Shown here piece after piece: positions 46,070-58,700 of a stretch of DNA of 64,000 nucleotides. The stretch covers positions 384,462,001 to 384,526,000 of the forward strand of contig NC_091977.1 of assembly GCF_044704955.1 (NCBI RefSeq), in the 5' to 3' direction. Under the pieces are notes generated by a model. That model was given only the letters and a program-made list of their open reading frames with translations. It made no database searches and was not told where the DNA came from. Position numbers and translations under genes: made by a program. Every line of letters begins with the position of its first letter. The first letter of the stretch is position 1. This DNA is from Pristiophorus japonicus (Eukaryota).

Positions 46070-48077
46070 GGAGCCAAGTTTCGGCCTGGGTTGCTCCTGT
46101 TTTTTTGGAGCAACTGGTTTAGAATGGAGTATCTTAGAAATTTGAATTCTCGGCATTTAGTTTGCTCCAGTTAGAACAGTTTCACTTTGGAACAGAATTT
46201 ATTTTTCAAAAGGGGGCGTGTCCGGCCACTTACGCCTGTTTTCAAAGTTTAGGCAGTGAAAACTTACTCCAAACTAACTTAGAATGGAGCAAGTGAAGAT
46301 TTTTGTACGTTCGAAAAAACCTTGTCTACACTTTAGAAAATTAGGCGTAGGTTACAAATCAGGCGTAGGGAATGAGGTGGGGGGGGGTTTAAAGGGAAGT
46401 TTACAAATATTAAACACTTCAGTTTTACAAATAAAGAGCCATCATCAATAATAAATGATAAATACATCAATAAATCAACCAATAAATCAATCAAAAAAAA
46501 TTAATAAAAAATGTAAAAAAATGTTAAAAATCAATAAATAAAACATTTTCTACTTACCGACTGCAGCACCGGGAGTCCTCCAACAGTGTGCTGGGACGGA
46601 TCCCCAGTGTGTCTCTGTCAGTGTCGCTATCTCTCTGTCTGTCTGTGTGTGTGTGTGTGTGTCTCTCACTCTCTGTCTGTCAGTGTCTGTGTTTCTGACA
46701 GCGAGGGGAGGGGGAGAAGGGGAGGGGGAGGGGGAGAAGGGGGGTGGGGGGGAGGGGTAGGGAGATGGGGGGAGGGGTAGGGCGGTGAGGGGGGAGGGGT
46801 AGGGTGGGGTGGAGGAGAAGGGGGTGGGGAGGTGGGGGGGAAGGTGGAGGGGGGAGGGGGAGGTGGAGGGGGTGTGGGGGGATGGGGGTGGTGGGGAGGA
46901 GGAGGAGGAGGAGGAGGAGGAGGGGGTGGGGGGGAGGAGAAGGGGGTGGGGGGGAGGAGGATGGGGGTGGCAGGGGGAGGAGGAGGAGGGGGTGCGGGGA
47001 GGAGAAGGCGGGTGGGGGGAGGAGGAGGGGTGTGGGGGGGGAGGAGGAGGGGGAGGTGGAGGGAGGGTAGGTGGTAGAGGAGGGGGAGGAGAAGGGGGGT
47101 GAGAGAGGTGGGTGGGAGAGAGGACGGCGGAGAGAGGGGGAGAAGAGAGAGAGGATGGAGGGAGGGAGGGATGGAGGGAGGGAGAGGGGGAGAAGGGAGA
47201 CAGGAGGGAGGGAAGGAAGGGAGGGAATGAAGGAAGGGAGAGAAGGAGGCTAAATGGCCGGGCTCAAGACCTCGGGCTGGATTTATAGGTAGGTGGCGTC
47301 GGGTCTCGGGGGGGGGGGGGGTCGCGGAGGTCTGGGGGTGGGGGGGGGGAAAGAGTCGCAGAGGTCCGGGGGGGAGACGCAGAGGTCGGGGGGGAGGGAA
47401 GAGTCGTGGAGGTCCTGGGGGGGGGGGGAGTCGCGGAGGTCCGGGGGGGGGGGGGGAAGAGTCTCGGAGGTCCGGGGGGGGAGTCGCGGAGCTCTGGGGG
47501 GTTGCAGAGTCGCGGGGGGTGGGGAGAGTCACGGAGGTCCGGGGGGGAGGGGAGAGAGAGTCGCGGAGGTCCGGGGGGGGGAGTCGCGGAGGTCCGGGGG
47601 TGGGGGGGAGAGTCGCGGATGTCCGGGGGGGGGAGTCGCAGAGGTCGAGGGTTGGGGGGGAGAGTCGCGGAGTTCCGGGGGGGAGTCGCGGAGGTCGGGT
47701 CGCCGGAGGGGGGCGGGGGGAGCAGAGGTCGGGTCGGGTCTGGTCGGGTGGGAGGAGCCTTATTCATGCAGCCCCAGTGATGCCATTCGGCCAGAGCTAG
47801 GGGCTGCGTACTTCGGGCCCCTCCCACAGTTTTGGGCGCCTGGAGCTACTGCACATGCGCGCCCACTGTAGCGCGCATGTGCAGAGGTCCCAGCACTGTT
47901 TTCAGCGCAGGGACCTGGCTCCGCCCCCTACAGCTCGTGCTGCACCTCGCCCAGCTCCAGAGGACCTGCAGGGAGCCGGAGAATAGGTAAGTTTTTTTTA
48001 GGCGTACTTTCTGGCGCGAAAAACAGGCGTCCAGGTCCGGGCTGCACCGTTTTAGGCGCGGCCTGAAACTTGGGCCC
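46070..48077. mobile_element. Non-autonomous Harbinger-type TIR element with G-rich core
   Basis: Imperfect TIRs GGAGCCAAGTTTCGGCC / GGCCTGAAACTTGGGCCC. No credible coding content. Confidence 0.75.
46703..47745 (+). repeat. G-rich polypurine tract and ~20-bp G-rich minisatellite
   Basis: 46703-47250 is almost pure G/A. 47300-47730 has tandem GGGGG(n)AGAGTCGCGGAGGTCC units. Confidence 0.9.
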
Positions 48078-48725
48078 TCTATCTCATCTACAAAGTCTCA
48101 TATTGCCTTTCTTCCGACCCCACATTTAACTGCAAACACCCCCCCACCGCTCAATTGCCGCCATTTCCATCGCCGATCCTCCCACCAACTGCTTCTTATG
48201 ATTCTGATCGGCCCAGGAAATCCCCGGACCTGAGCCCCAGTCCTCAATCAAAATTCCGGCCTTCAATCCCTGACCCCAATCCGACCCCCCGGACAAATCC
48301 TGGACCCCAAGCCCTGACTTCATTATAATGAAGCCTAAGGCCAAATTTCGGCGGTATCTCAGGCCTCACTATTCCGTCGCAATGTACGAAACCTGTACCC
48401 GAATTTCTAGGGCCATATATAGATGTCATTTGAGTACAAGATAGGGCTCACGTGTGATGAGCCCACAACCTAATAGCCTGCTGACACTCGTTGTCAAGGC
48501 TCACCCAGTGACGATGGTGATTTGGTAAAAAATCAGAACATTGGTAAAAGTTATTTTTTAATTGTGTAGGAATAATGAAATCATCAGTGAGAAATTATGT
48601 TTTGCATAAACAAACCTCACAAAAGGAAATAATGACATTTTGAACCAACAGCTATTATAATGAATACATAATTAGAACATCCATCTTAAGCCAAACAAAA
48701 GTGGTGTTTTCAAAGCTGAATCAAA

Positions 48726-50895
48726 GGCACAGAATTTCCTGGAGACTTGCACAAAAGTTCCAGGAAATTATGAAATGAGTTATGCATTAATCACGCGGTT
48801 CTATAATTACCTACGACCTTTGTGCAGCTCTACCAATACCGTCAAGAAACTGTGGAAAGTTTATCACAGTTCTGCTGCCCCCATTCAAGTCAATGACGAT
48901 GCTCAATTTATTTTATTTATGGTAGTTTTCTCGCCACAGCCACTTAGACTGAAAACTAATGGTGCATATGGACCTTGATTAACTGGCTTAGAACCTGGAC
49001 CGCTCTGCATCCAAGTTACAGGCCTAAAACAGGCACCTAAAGGTCCAATGTGGGAGTCAGCGTGTACGCGTTTATTCCACACAGTAAGTGTGTGGCCCGC
49101 CTTATAGAATCAAGCGCCTCCCTTGGTGTCCAGGGCACGTGCCGGAAACATATAAAACACTCATTATAATATTTAAATAAAGGTCTGAAGCTTGTTATAG
49201 GACACTTTTACAAAATCAGTCTGTCCCACCACCTGATTCACCATGTGATATAATTGCCCAGCAATTCATGGCACTAACAGGCAGCAATAATGTTGCAGGG
49301 GTTCTATTTAAAAGACACATTCATTCCATACCGATGAATTGCTAATTTGTCTTCTTGAATACTAGCTAACTGGCGTGCCATTTATTTGCTAATTTCTGCA
49401 TTCAGCAGCTGAATTGTGACTACTGCTAACTTTTTGCGAGTGTGGCATTGCTTTTGTCAACCTTCAAAACAGTTATACTGCAGTCATGGGTGGTCTGGTG
49501 AGCTATCTTTAGGCTTAAGGACCAGAAGAAGACACGAGAGAGCAAGAGTAGCTAGGTGAAGAGGACGGAGGAGGAGGGAACTGTGCAGGAAGCTATACCC
49601 ACATCAAGTCTTCAGGAAGCACTCCTCTTAACTCAACTTCACCGAGGAGCAATGTTTGAGACATCGCCGCTTCACCAAGGAGGCTGTCACTGAACTCTGT
49701 CACCTGCTCAGCCACAACTGGAGCCTCAGTCAAGATTACCATGTCCTTTAACTTTTACGGGCTCCTTCCAGGCTGCAGCAGGTGACATCAACAACATCTC
49801 CCAGTTTACTGTGCACTGCTACATCAGGGAGCTAACCAAGGCTCCAAGAGGAACACCTACATTACTTTCCCAATGGACAAAGCAAAACAGGACAGGAGAA
49901 AGACTATGTCCACATTGTAGGATTCTCCAGCGCCCAAGATGCCATAGACTGCACCACATTGCCTTGTGTGCTCCCAATCACCAGCTTGGCATCAAAAAAT
50001 AGGGATTTCACTCCCACAATGGCCGGCATGTCTTCCTCCAGAGGAGAAAGGGTGTTCTGGCGGGCATGGAATCCTCTGGTGGTCACCTCTTTCCTCGTGT
50101 GGGCGACCTTCTCCTGCAAAGATGTACGGAGTGTGTTAGTGACGATCTTGTGAGGTGTTTCGAGAATTTGCCTGCCATGGTCAATTAGTTTGTATGTTGT
50201 GTGGAAGATGTGAGATGTGGGGAAGTGAGGTTTGCAACAGCGCTCAGAGTAAGATTGCAGAGTGTGTGAGTAGGAGGAGTGAAGTGCAATGCAGTTATTG
50301 TAGTACAGTGAAGAGAAGCAAGGGAGGGGAGTGTTGTGGTTGCAGGTGATGTCGGTGTGAGGAGAGTGTAATTGAGATGAGAGGTAAGCTTCTTACCTTA
50401 ACAGGTCTGGTGAGGTCATTGAACCTTTTGCATAATTACAGTCATGTCCTTGGGAGCTAAGCTCCTGTCAATGATCTCCTCTGTGATTTCTTCACACTGG
50501 TGGCAGAGGTGTTGCCTGGAGTGCTTTCTGCCCCCAGGGAGAACAGGATCTCCCTACTCCTGTCCACTGCCTGGATCTCCAACGTTGTATCTGAGAGCCC
50601 GATTGTCCTCTCTGTACATCTGGCAGCCATTTCTCCACATGCAAAGTTTCCCTGTTGTTAGCACACAAAGTGCACCTCCCCTGTAAGAGGTACCGGCTGC
50701 CTTTAAGTGGCCTCAGTGAAGTCTGAATTCTCCAGACAGACGCGCAGCCAGTAAGCAGCTGGGTTGTCCAGGCTGCAGGCATAACTTATTATAATGAGCA
50801 CCCTGCATGAGTTTCACCATGCCTTTGTGCCATGTGAACAGGTGCTTGCAGCCCCCTGCGCGCCCGTTTTCAGGCGCAATCAAGTTTTGTGTCCC
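48726..50895. mobile_element. Internally deleted Harbinger remnant (left boundary uncertain)
   Basis: Transposase N-half on + (49490-49985; RFTKEAVTELCHLL, SFQAAAGD, AIDCTTL) joined to a minus-strand accessory remnant (QEKVAH...LSPLEED). Confidence 0.7.
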
Positions 50896-51822
50896 TGTTA
50901 TTGATGAGATTTATGATTCTCACACAATTCTCAGCCTTGGAAAGACCACAAACGCTGTGGTGCTCCATCTCTGCAGTCTGGAGTCGTACGAACGGACTTT
51001 TATCAATAGATAATAAAAATAGACTTGGACATTTCATTATTAAAAATAAGTTATTGTTGTGTTCATTCTGAACTCGAGCTCTTGAGCTTAGTGCAAAATC
51101 ATTAAATCATTTGATCTGTGAATGAATTTAAATTCCTGTGTTTAAAATAATTGATTAAAGTAAAATGAAATCTCTGCTCTTGCTTGATATAATTAATTCT
51201 GAACTAAAACCTATCAAAATACTTCTTCTTCGTCATTGAGTTACGTTTATTGCACGTGTGATTTGCAGTGTACATCACTGATGGTGTCATTCCAGGAAAT
51301 TATGTTTTGACTGCTAGTAATAAAGATCAGATTTCAGTTCTTGTTGCTATTAGTCTATTAGCTGTTAGCCAGTATAAATAGCACAGTGAAGGATCTGATG
51401 TTCTGTACATGAATGGCATTAAATCATTTCTTAAGTTCAACATGATCCACCCATGTCTTAAGAATCACCATGAAACAATGTTCAACTTTCGCTGATGTAA
51501 ACAAGTTAAAACCGTGTTTTCCATAGTATATAGCAGTGTTAGTTCAAGTTATTTCAAATAAATTGTATGCTGATAACCATTTGTGCATTTCCTTTTCAAT
51601 GTGGAACTTACAAACACAGGACTTCTCATAATGTGCTTTCTTTACATTTTTACATTCTAAAGGTGAGTATGGATTATATTTACCTTAAGATTCAAATCAT
51701 TCCCAAAGGGGCCCAATTTTAGATGAAGACCAGCAAATACAAAAAAGTGCCCCCTCGTTGACCCATACTTCACAAATATGCCAGTTCGGTCACTAAAAAA
51801 TCAATTGTTATAGATGTGAGAT

Positions 51823-52085
51823 TCATCATCATCATCATCATCATAGGCAGTCCCTCGAAATCGAGGAAGACTTGCTTCCACTCTAAAAGTGAGTTCTCAG
51901 GTGGCTGTATAGCCCAATATGGGAATTACAGTCTCTGTCACAGGTGGGACAGACAGTTGTTGAAGGGAAGGATGGGTGGGAAGTCTGGTTTGCCGCACGC
52001 TCCTTCCATTGTCTGCGCTTGGTTTCTACACACTTTCGGGGACGAGATTCTAACATCCTCCCAGATGCTCTTCCTCCACTTTAGG
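51823..52085 (-). mobile_element. RTE-clade 3' fragment
   Basis: (CAT)n tail followed by AGGCAGTCCCTCGAAATCGAGGAAGAC. Confidence 0.88.
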
Positions 52086-52311
52086 CGTGAGAGTAAACAT
52101 GTGTGGAAGCTCAACTCAGATTTCTGTTAATTAACTACGGATTGAAATCCTGCTGTACCAGGTCCACACTTGCCATGATTGAGCAACTGTCTTCCCAGAT
52201 TGATTTTAAAGAACTGATTTTTACATTAAATATACCGGGCAATAAACTATGAGCAAATTAATGTGCATAAACTAGTCATTTAGGGATAGAGGTTTACAAG
52301 CACAAAATATT

Positions 52312-55300
52312 GGGGGCAATTTTGGCAGAATACTTACGCGCTCAAGAGGTGGCCAAGATGGGGGTCTTAAGCTGCAATGCCAGTTTAGCCTGTGTTTAGT
52401 GCAAGATACCATCTTGGTAAAGTAGTTGAAGCCAGCACTAGGAACTGCCGCCTGGAGGATTGTTAAGGGGTTATTTGACAATTAAATTGCCTGCTGGCTT
52501 TTATTAAAAAGATTGCACACCATTTTCGTGGATAATGCTTAATTTAACAACTTCTCCGAACAGCGACCAGCTGACCAGGAGTAAACAAGGCCTCGCTGAG
52601 TATTTTGAGTACTACTTAAAACCATACTAAGCTTTCAATGTTCACTTGCTACTGAGATGGACTGCCTACACTGCAAAATCCTCTGTGCACATCTGCATAA
52701 GGGAGGTATCTGCAGCTCTCTATGCGCTAAGAAATAATTATATATCATTCCCTATTGCCAGAGAAGACCAGAGGCAGAGAGCGTTAGGATTCAAAAGGAT
52801 TGCGGGATTACCCATAGTCCAGGTACCATTGACTCCAAATGTGTGGCCATGCGAGCCCCACATTTAAACTTGGAGGTGTTCAGGAACAGGAAGGGATTCC
52901 GTTCCCTCAGTGTACAGCTCTTCTGCAACTACTGGCAGCACATCAGACAGTGAATGGCTGCTATCCAGGGAGCTGCCACAATGCGTTTGTAATGAGACAG
53001 CCGTCCATCCCACAGATCTTTTGAGCCCCAACACAATGTGCATGGCTGGCTATTAGGTGACAAAGGATAACCTCTGATGCCATGGTTCATAACTCCTCTG
53101 AGAAAGCCCCTGACACCAGCTGCGCACTCATACAATGAGAGCCACTCAGCCACCAGGAATATAATTGAGTAGGCCATTAGGCCTCTGAAGCAGAGGTTTC
53201 GATGCCTTGATTCAGGAGGTCCCCTGCAGTGCTTGGCCAAGAAGGTATCCACATTCGTGCGATTTGCTGCATTCTCTACAGTCTGGCAATCATGAGAAAC
53301 CAGCTGTTAACACCAGGAATTGTGCAAGAGGGTCAAGCCCAGGAGCCACAAGAATAGGATAAAGAGGAAAAGGAGGAGGAAGAGAAGGACCAGGGGCCCG
53401 GGGGAGCACCGGATGGTTCCAGGTAGAGGGGCCGCATCTGGGACGGATGCTCACCGCCATTTAATTGAACAGCGGTTTTGAGAGACATGCTCTACCATCA
53501 GACTCCAGAGCACTTTGGCCACATGAGGTACCTTCCACGACTTAGGATCCATCAGGCAGTCCATCAACTGTACTCAATTCTTTCAACCCCTTCCCCATGA
53601 AGATCAGAATAAAAAAGATCACCGATTCCACCACTACTTAATTACCATAATCACTGTTTATATACATCAGAAACAAAATATATAAACATGATAGAATAAA
53701 CATTAAAAATATTAAACTATTCACCCTGGTGCTTACCCTTAGTGACTATCTAAGTGCAGTTGCGTAATCTATGCATCTGCGAAGTGCAACCCCGGTGGCA
53801 ACAGCAGGCGAGGTACATGGCTGCTGAGATTCTGAAGAGTTCAGATGTCCTCCTGCGATGACCTCGAGAGGTTGTGGGCCATGATGGCCCTGCCTCAGAC
53901 TGCACCATCTCAGCATGGGCTTCAGTAATCTGGGCTACCTGGCTGACAGGCAATGGTGGAGTGCCAGTGGAGCGAGCAGGAATGCTGGCATCCGGAGAGA
54001 GGCCAGTAGATTCCTGATCCATGATTCCTACACCACTATCTCGAGGCCCACCCAATGACCTGGTGAAGAACAAAACTGTGGACATCTGAAACACTCTGCA
54101 AGCTCCTTTCAACCGAGGAGCTCAAAGTCACCAAAGTAGCTGCCTGAGCTTCCAATGCAGCACTTTGCCATTCCATGTAAGCTGCAATGAATGTGACCTC
54201 AGTCATCAGATGCTGCATGATGTTGGGCTCCACATGTCGTTGGCTGTAAGTCATCAGCCTCGCCACACTGGATCGAATGAGTTCCAGGCTCTGCGTCAAT
54301 CCAGACCAAGGGGAAGGTCGTATCCCTTCCACCCTGCGTGGTTGCTGCCCTTAGTACCCAGTGCGTCCCACTGTGTAGATCTCTCTTCTAAGCTAGCCTC
54401 TAAATTGCGCATGGCGCTGGTCTCTAAGCTGGTGCCTGTAACAGTGGCAGCCATTGAAGCTGTGCATTCCTCCTCCTCCTCCTCTTCCTCCCGGAGGCAA
54501 GCTGGCTGTTGCTCTTCTTGAACCTGCACCATGGGTAGCCTGCAATGATAAAGCTGGTTAGGGAGCAGCATGTGTGACCAGTATAAGAGGATGTGTGTGA
54601 TGAGACCATATAAAGCTTGGGAATGAGATTAGCTTTGAGTGATTAAGGTTCAGGAATAGTTGTGCATCTGCAGGGAAGCAGCAGTGGTCACACACTTCCA
54701 GGCGAGATGCCCCCTGCTCTGCCTATGGCCACGGAGAGTGATATCATGAATTTGTGCATCCTCTCCCCTGGTCCAGTCTTGCTGCCGTCTGTTATATGCT
54801 AATTTTTCATGGAAGAGAAAGAGTGGTGATTGTGAATGAATGTATTGGCAGCTATATTTGTGTGTGATACCTCACATGGTTGAGGAGCTGTGAGATGTAA
54901 GTTGTGCCTGTGAAGGATGCAATAGTATGGTGTGTGTGAATAGAAACATAGAAATTTACAGCGCAGAAGGAGGCCATTCCGGCCCATCAGTGTATAGTTA
55001 AATGATGGATGAAATGTGTTGAGGTTGCAATGCTGGTGATGGTGGTACAGTTAGTGAGATGGGATCTTACCTTGACCACTCATGTCATTACATTTCTTGT
55101 GGCACAGGAGTCATGTCCTGGGGCCAGGGCTCCTGGCTATGACCTCCCGGGTGATCTCATTCACATGCAGTGTATCAGCTGCCTCTGTGGCCTCCTTCCC
55201 CCTGCGGTTCGAGAATATCCCTCCTCCTCGCTACCTCCTCCACCAGGACTTCTAGTGTCGCTTCGGAGCACCTGGGCGTCTGTGCTCTTGCTCCTTGCGA

Positions 55301-55520
55301 TATCCTTGAACTCCCAGCTAGCACACATCGGTGCAAGTGGCTGAGTGCACACTACATATACAGCTCTAGGAAAATTGCATCTAATCAGCGCTCGAGTACT
55401 AAACCTGCAGTTGTCGGTTTCAGTGCCTGCAGGCATGTTTAAATCATGAAAATCATCAATTAATCCGAAAATTGCATGCTAAATCCAGACTTTCAAATAG
55501 GTATTTAGTGCCTGTTTTAA
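52312..55520. mobile_element. Harbinger remnant (transposase +, accessory gene -)
   Basis: NRKGFRS, YPGSCHNAF, GWLLGDKG and LKQRFRCLD at 52650-53480. Accessory-like remnants at 53720-55330 on the minus strand. Ends approximate. Confidence 0.78.
54941..54989 (-). mobile_element. CR1 tail fragment
   Basis: TAGAAACATAGAAATTTACAGCGCAGAAGGAGGCCATT. Confidence 0.65.
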
Positions 55521-55719
55521 CCCTATGGCCAAAATAACTCCTATTCTCTTTTTGATTAATAAAACATAAAATTTGTGGAACCAATCCCAAATTCTGATAC
55601 AGGTTACTAAAGTGACTTGAGCACTCCATAATAAAAAAAGAAACAAAATATTAAGGAGGTTACAATGGACCACTTAGCACCTGTTTTTTAAGTGCTACGT
55701 GGCTACCTAAGATTTCATA

Positions 55720-58700
55720 ATGGGGTCCAAGACGGAATGTGCGCGGGATGTGGTAAAGGGGTTTGTGCGCACATGCTTAACGATTGGCAGCAGTATGCAG
55801 AGAAGACAGATTAGGACGTGAATCACAATTCAATGCTTATCTCATGCGACCACTGCCATTTAGAACACCACACTCCAGCCAACGCCGTGCCTTAACCTCG
55901 CACAGCTGAACAGGACATTAGCGGAATGAAGGACCCCCCACCAGCGCTATTTTAAGGGATCATAAAATAATTACAGGTTAGTTGCTGGATTATTTATTCT
56001 GGCTGCGGTGCAACTGTACGTGTTTTTTTGAGCTTTCCTATACTTCGTTAATGTTTAAGTACTCTACAGGGAGTGGTCTGATTGGTCATGCAGTCCTTTT
56101 AGTGTATTTAAAATATTTTGCTGAATGAAATTGCTTCCAGGCATGGTGGCCTGGTATGGTTTCCTCTGGGAATTGAAAATGACTGGGAGAATGAAAAGAG
56201 GTCACCCAGAGCAGGGCAAGCTGCTAGAAGAGGGAGGAGAAGAACTCTCAGCAGCAGGCCATATCTGCCAAGGGTCTTCAGGGAGCAATTCTCTTACCTC
56301 AAGTTCAGTGAGCACCAATGCATGAGATATCTGCAATTCACAAAAGAGGTCATGAGTAAAATCTGCCAACAGCTGCAGCCACAACTGCAGCCTCAAAGCA
56401 GAGCAAGGATAGCAATGGCTGTGGCTGTCAAGTTGTGACTCTAGCTCCTTTCAAGCTGCTGCTGGAGATATAAGCAACATCTCACAATTTGCAGTACACT
56501 GCTATATAAGGAAGGTCACTGAGGCTCAGGATACAATGAGCAACAAATAGACTGTGCATGCAGCAGGTTTTGCACAGATTGAAGGCTTCCCCATGGTGCA
56601 GGGTGCTGTTGACTGCACACAGATTGCCTTACGTGCTCCTCAGGTGAACTCGGCCATTTTCATCAACAGAAAGGGATTCCATCCTCAATGTGCAGTAGCT
56701 GTGTGACCACAGGCAGCGAGTCATGCAGGCCCGTTATCTTGGCAGTAGTCACGATTCCTTCATTCTGTGACAGTTCTCTGTGCCAGCTGTATTTGAACCA
56801 CCATGGCAAGTCAAAGGCTGGCTACTGGGTGACAAGGGTTACACCTCATGACATAGTTCATGACTCCGGTGAGGAACCCATGCACACGTGCACAGCAGGT
56901 CTACAATGAGAGCCTTGCTGCCACAAAGAATATTATAAAGTATACCATTCGCATCCTCGGACAACACTTCCGCTACCTGCATTGCTCTAGAGGAGCCCTG
57001 CAGTACTCAGCTGAGCAGGTATCAAGATTTGTGGTAGTATGCTGCATGTTGCTCAACCTGGCCATTATGAGGGAACAGTCCTTGCCACCACCCATCAGGT
57101 GAGAAGCTGAGGAACAGGAGCAGGAGAAAGAGGAGGAGGAGTTTGAGGAAGTGGAGGAGGTGAAGGAGAAAGGGAGGCTACAATATAAACAGTCCCTTTC
57201 TGTCTGGGCTCTATGTGATGAGATTATTCATGATCGATACTCGTAATCTCAACTACACCTCCCCATTCACCATGCTTCTTGCTTTTCCTCTATCACTGAC
57301 CATCACATCGTCACCATCTTGTCCTAGGCTGCAGCAATCTGAGCTAGCTGGCTGATAGGCAACAGCAAGAATACTGGTGGAGTGACAGGGGTGAGAGCAG
57401 AAATGCTGTCATCCTGAGAGAGGACAGCATGTTTGTATTCCATGGAGCCACTCCCACTCTCCTGGGGTGGTGTCCCGGCAATCCTAGTACTCTCTTGGAG
57501 GACAGACTGATGGACTGCATTGACACCCTGGAAGTCCCTTGAACACTGGTATCCAGAGCCATTAGGGCAGCAGTCTGAGCTTTCGCTACAGCACTCAGAC
57601 CTTTGATGAAAACTGTTTGTGCTGCAATGGAAGCTGTGACATCGGCCGTTGGACGCTGCATCATGGTGGGTTCCACAGGTGTGTTGATGGAGGTGACCAC
57701 CCGTTCCATGTTGGAAAGGATGGACTCCAAGGTCTGCGTAAAGCCCTGTGCCAAGTTGGTGCTGGACTCCTCAATGCTCTTTGACACTGTGTGCAGGCAC
57801 TCTGGCAGGCTTTCCAGTGGACTAATTATTGGTTATGTACACCTATCAGCCTTCTACTGTAGCCTGGCCCATCAATGTACTCATCTGAATTCTCCGCATC
57901 ATAACTAGAGTGCAATCTTACCCTCCGGTGAGCTGGCACTTGTGTAAGTGGTTTTGCCTTTGGTGGTTTTGAATCACCCCCCTTACAACATTTCTAGGCC
58001 CTGGGAATTATAGTAGTGAACAGGATATTCAGTTATAGACAGATCTTTTGATCTCAACCATCACAATGCTTTTATTCAAGTTAAAGCACACACCTGCTTC
58101 CAGTAAAACACACTCTGGTGGTGTAAAAATACCACAGTATGACATACAACACTGGCCCTTCTGAACAGGCCCCTATCACAAAGTACCCACGACTAAAACA
58201 CCCCTACTTAGCTCAATAGGGCACCACCGAATCTGTCCAACAGACTGTGCGTACGCCTATGATCCACGCAGAACCTCCCCACTAAATCCCTAAGGCTTCG
58301 TTGGGACACATGGCTCCCCTTCACACTATGCAGTGGTCTAAAGGATTTTGTGGGCTGGGATAATGCTCATCAGTTACCCCTCTGGCTTACTCGCTGCTTC
58401 TCCCGATGAGGTGTATCTTCTGGTTTCGTACCAATCTGTGGTATCCAAGTCCAGTCTCAAGGTCAGCTTCCCAGTCGAAATAGCGAGGCTCTCTTTGCTC
58501 GTAGATGAAGGTTTCTTCTCTCTGTCCCAGACAGAGTGCTCGGTCCTTGAATGCATTGAACGAAGCAAGTAAGCATAGAAGAGGAGAGAGAGAGAGATAT
58601 GGCAGCAAACTGACTACTCTTATACCTAAAAAATGCTTGCTCAATCCTCGCACAAAAAAACAATCCTTTGCCGAAGGCAGTCCAACTAAATAACAATGAA

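Noticed and set aside
46666-47871. Pro-rich and Gly-rich ORFs (extensin/formin-like)
   Set aside because: Translations of low-complexity G/C tracts that are open in several frames.
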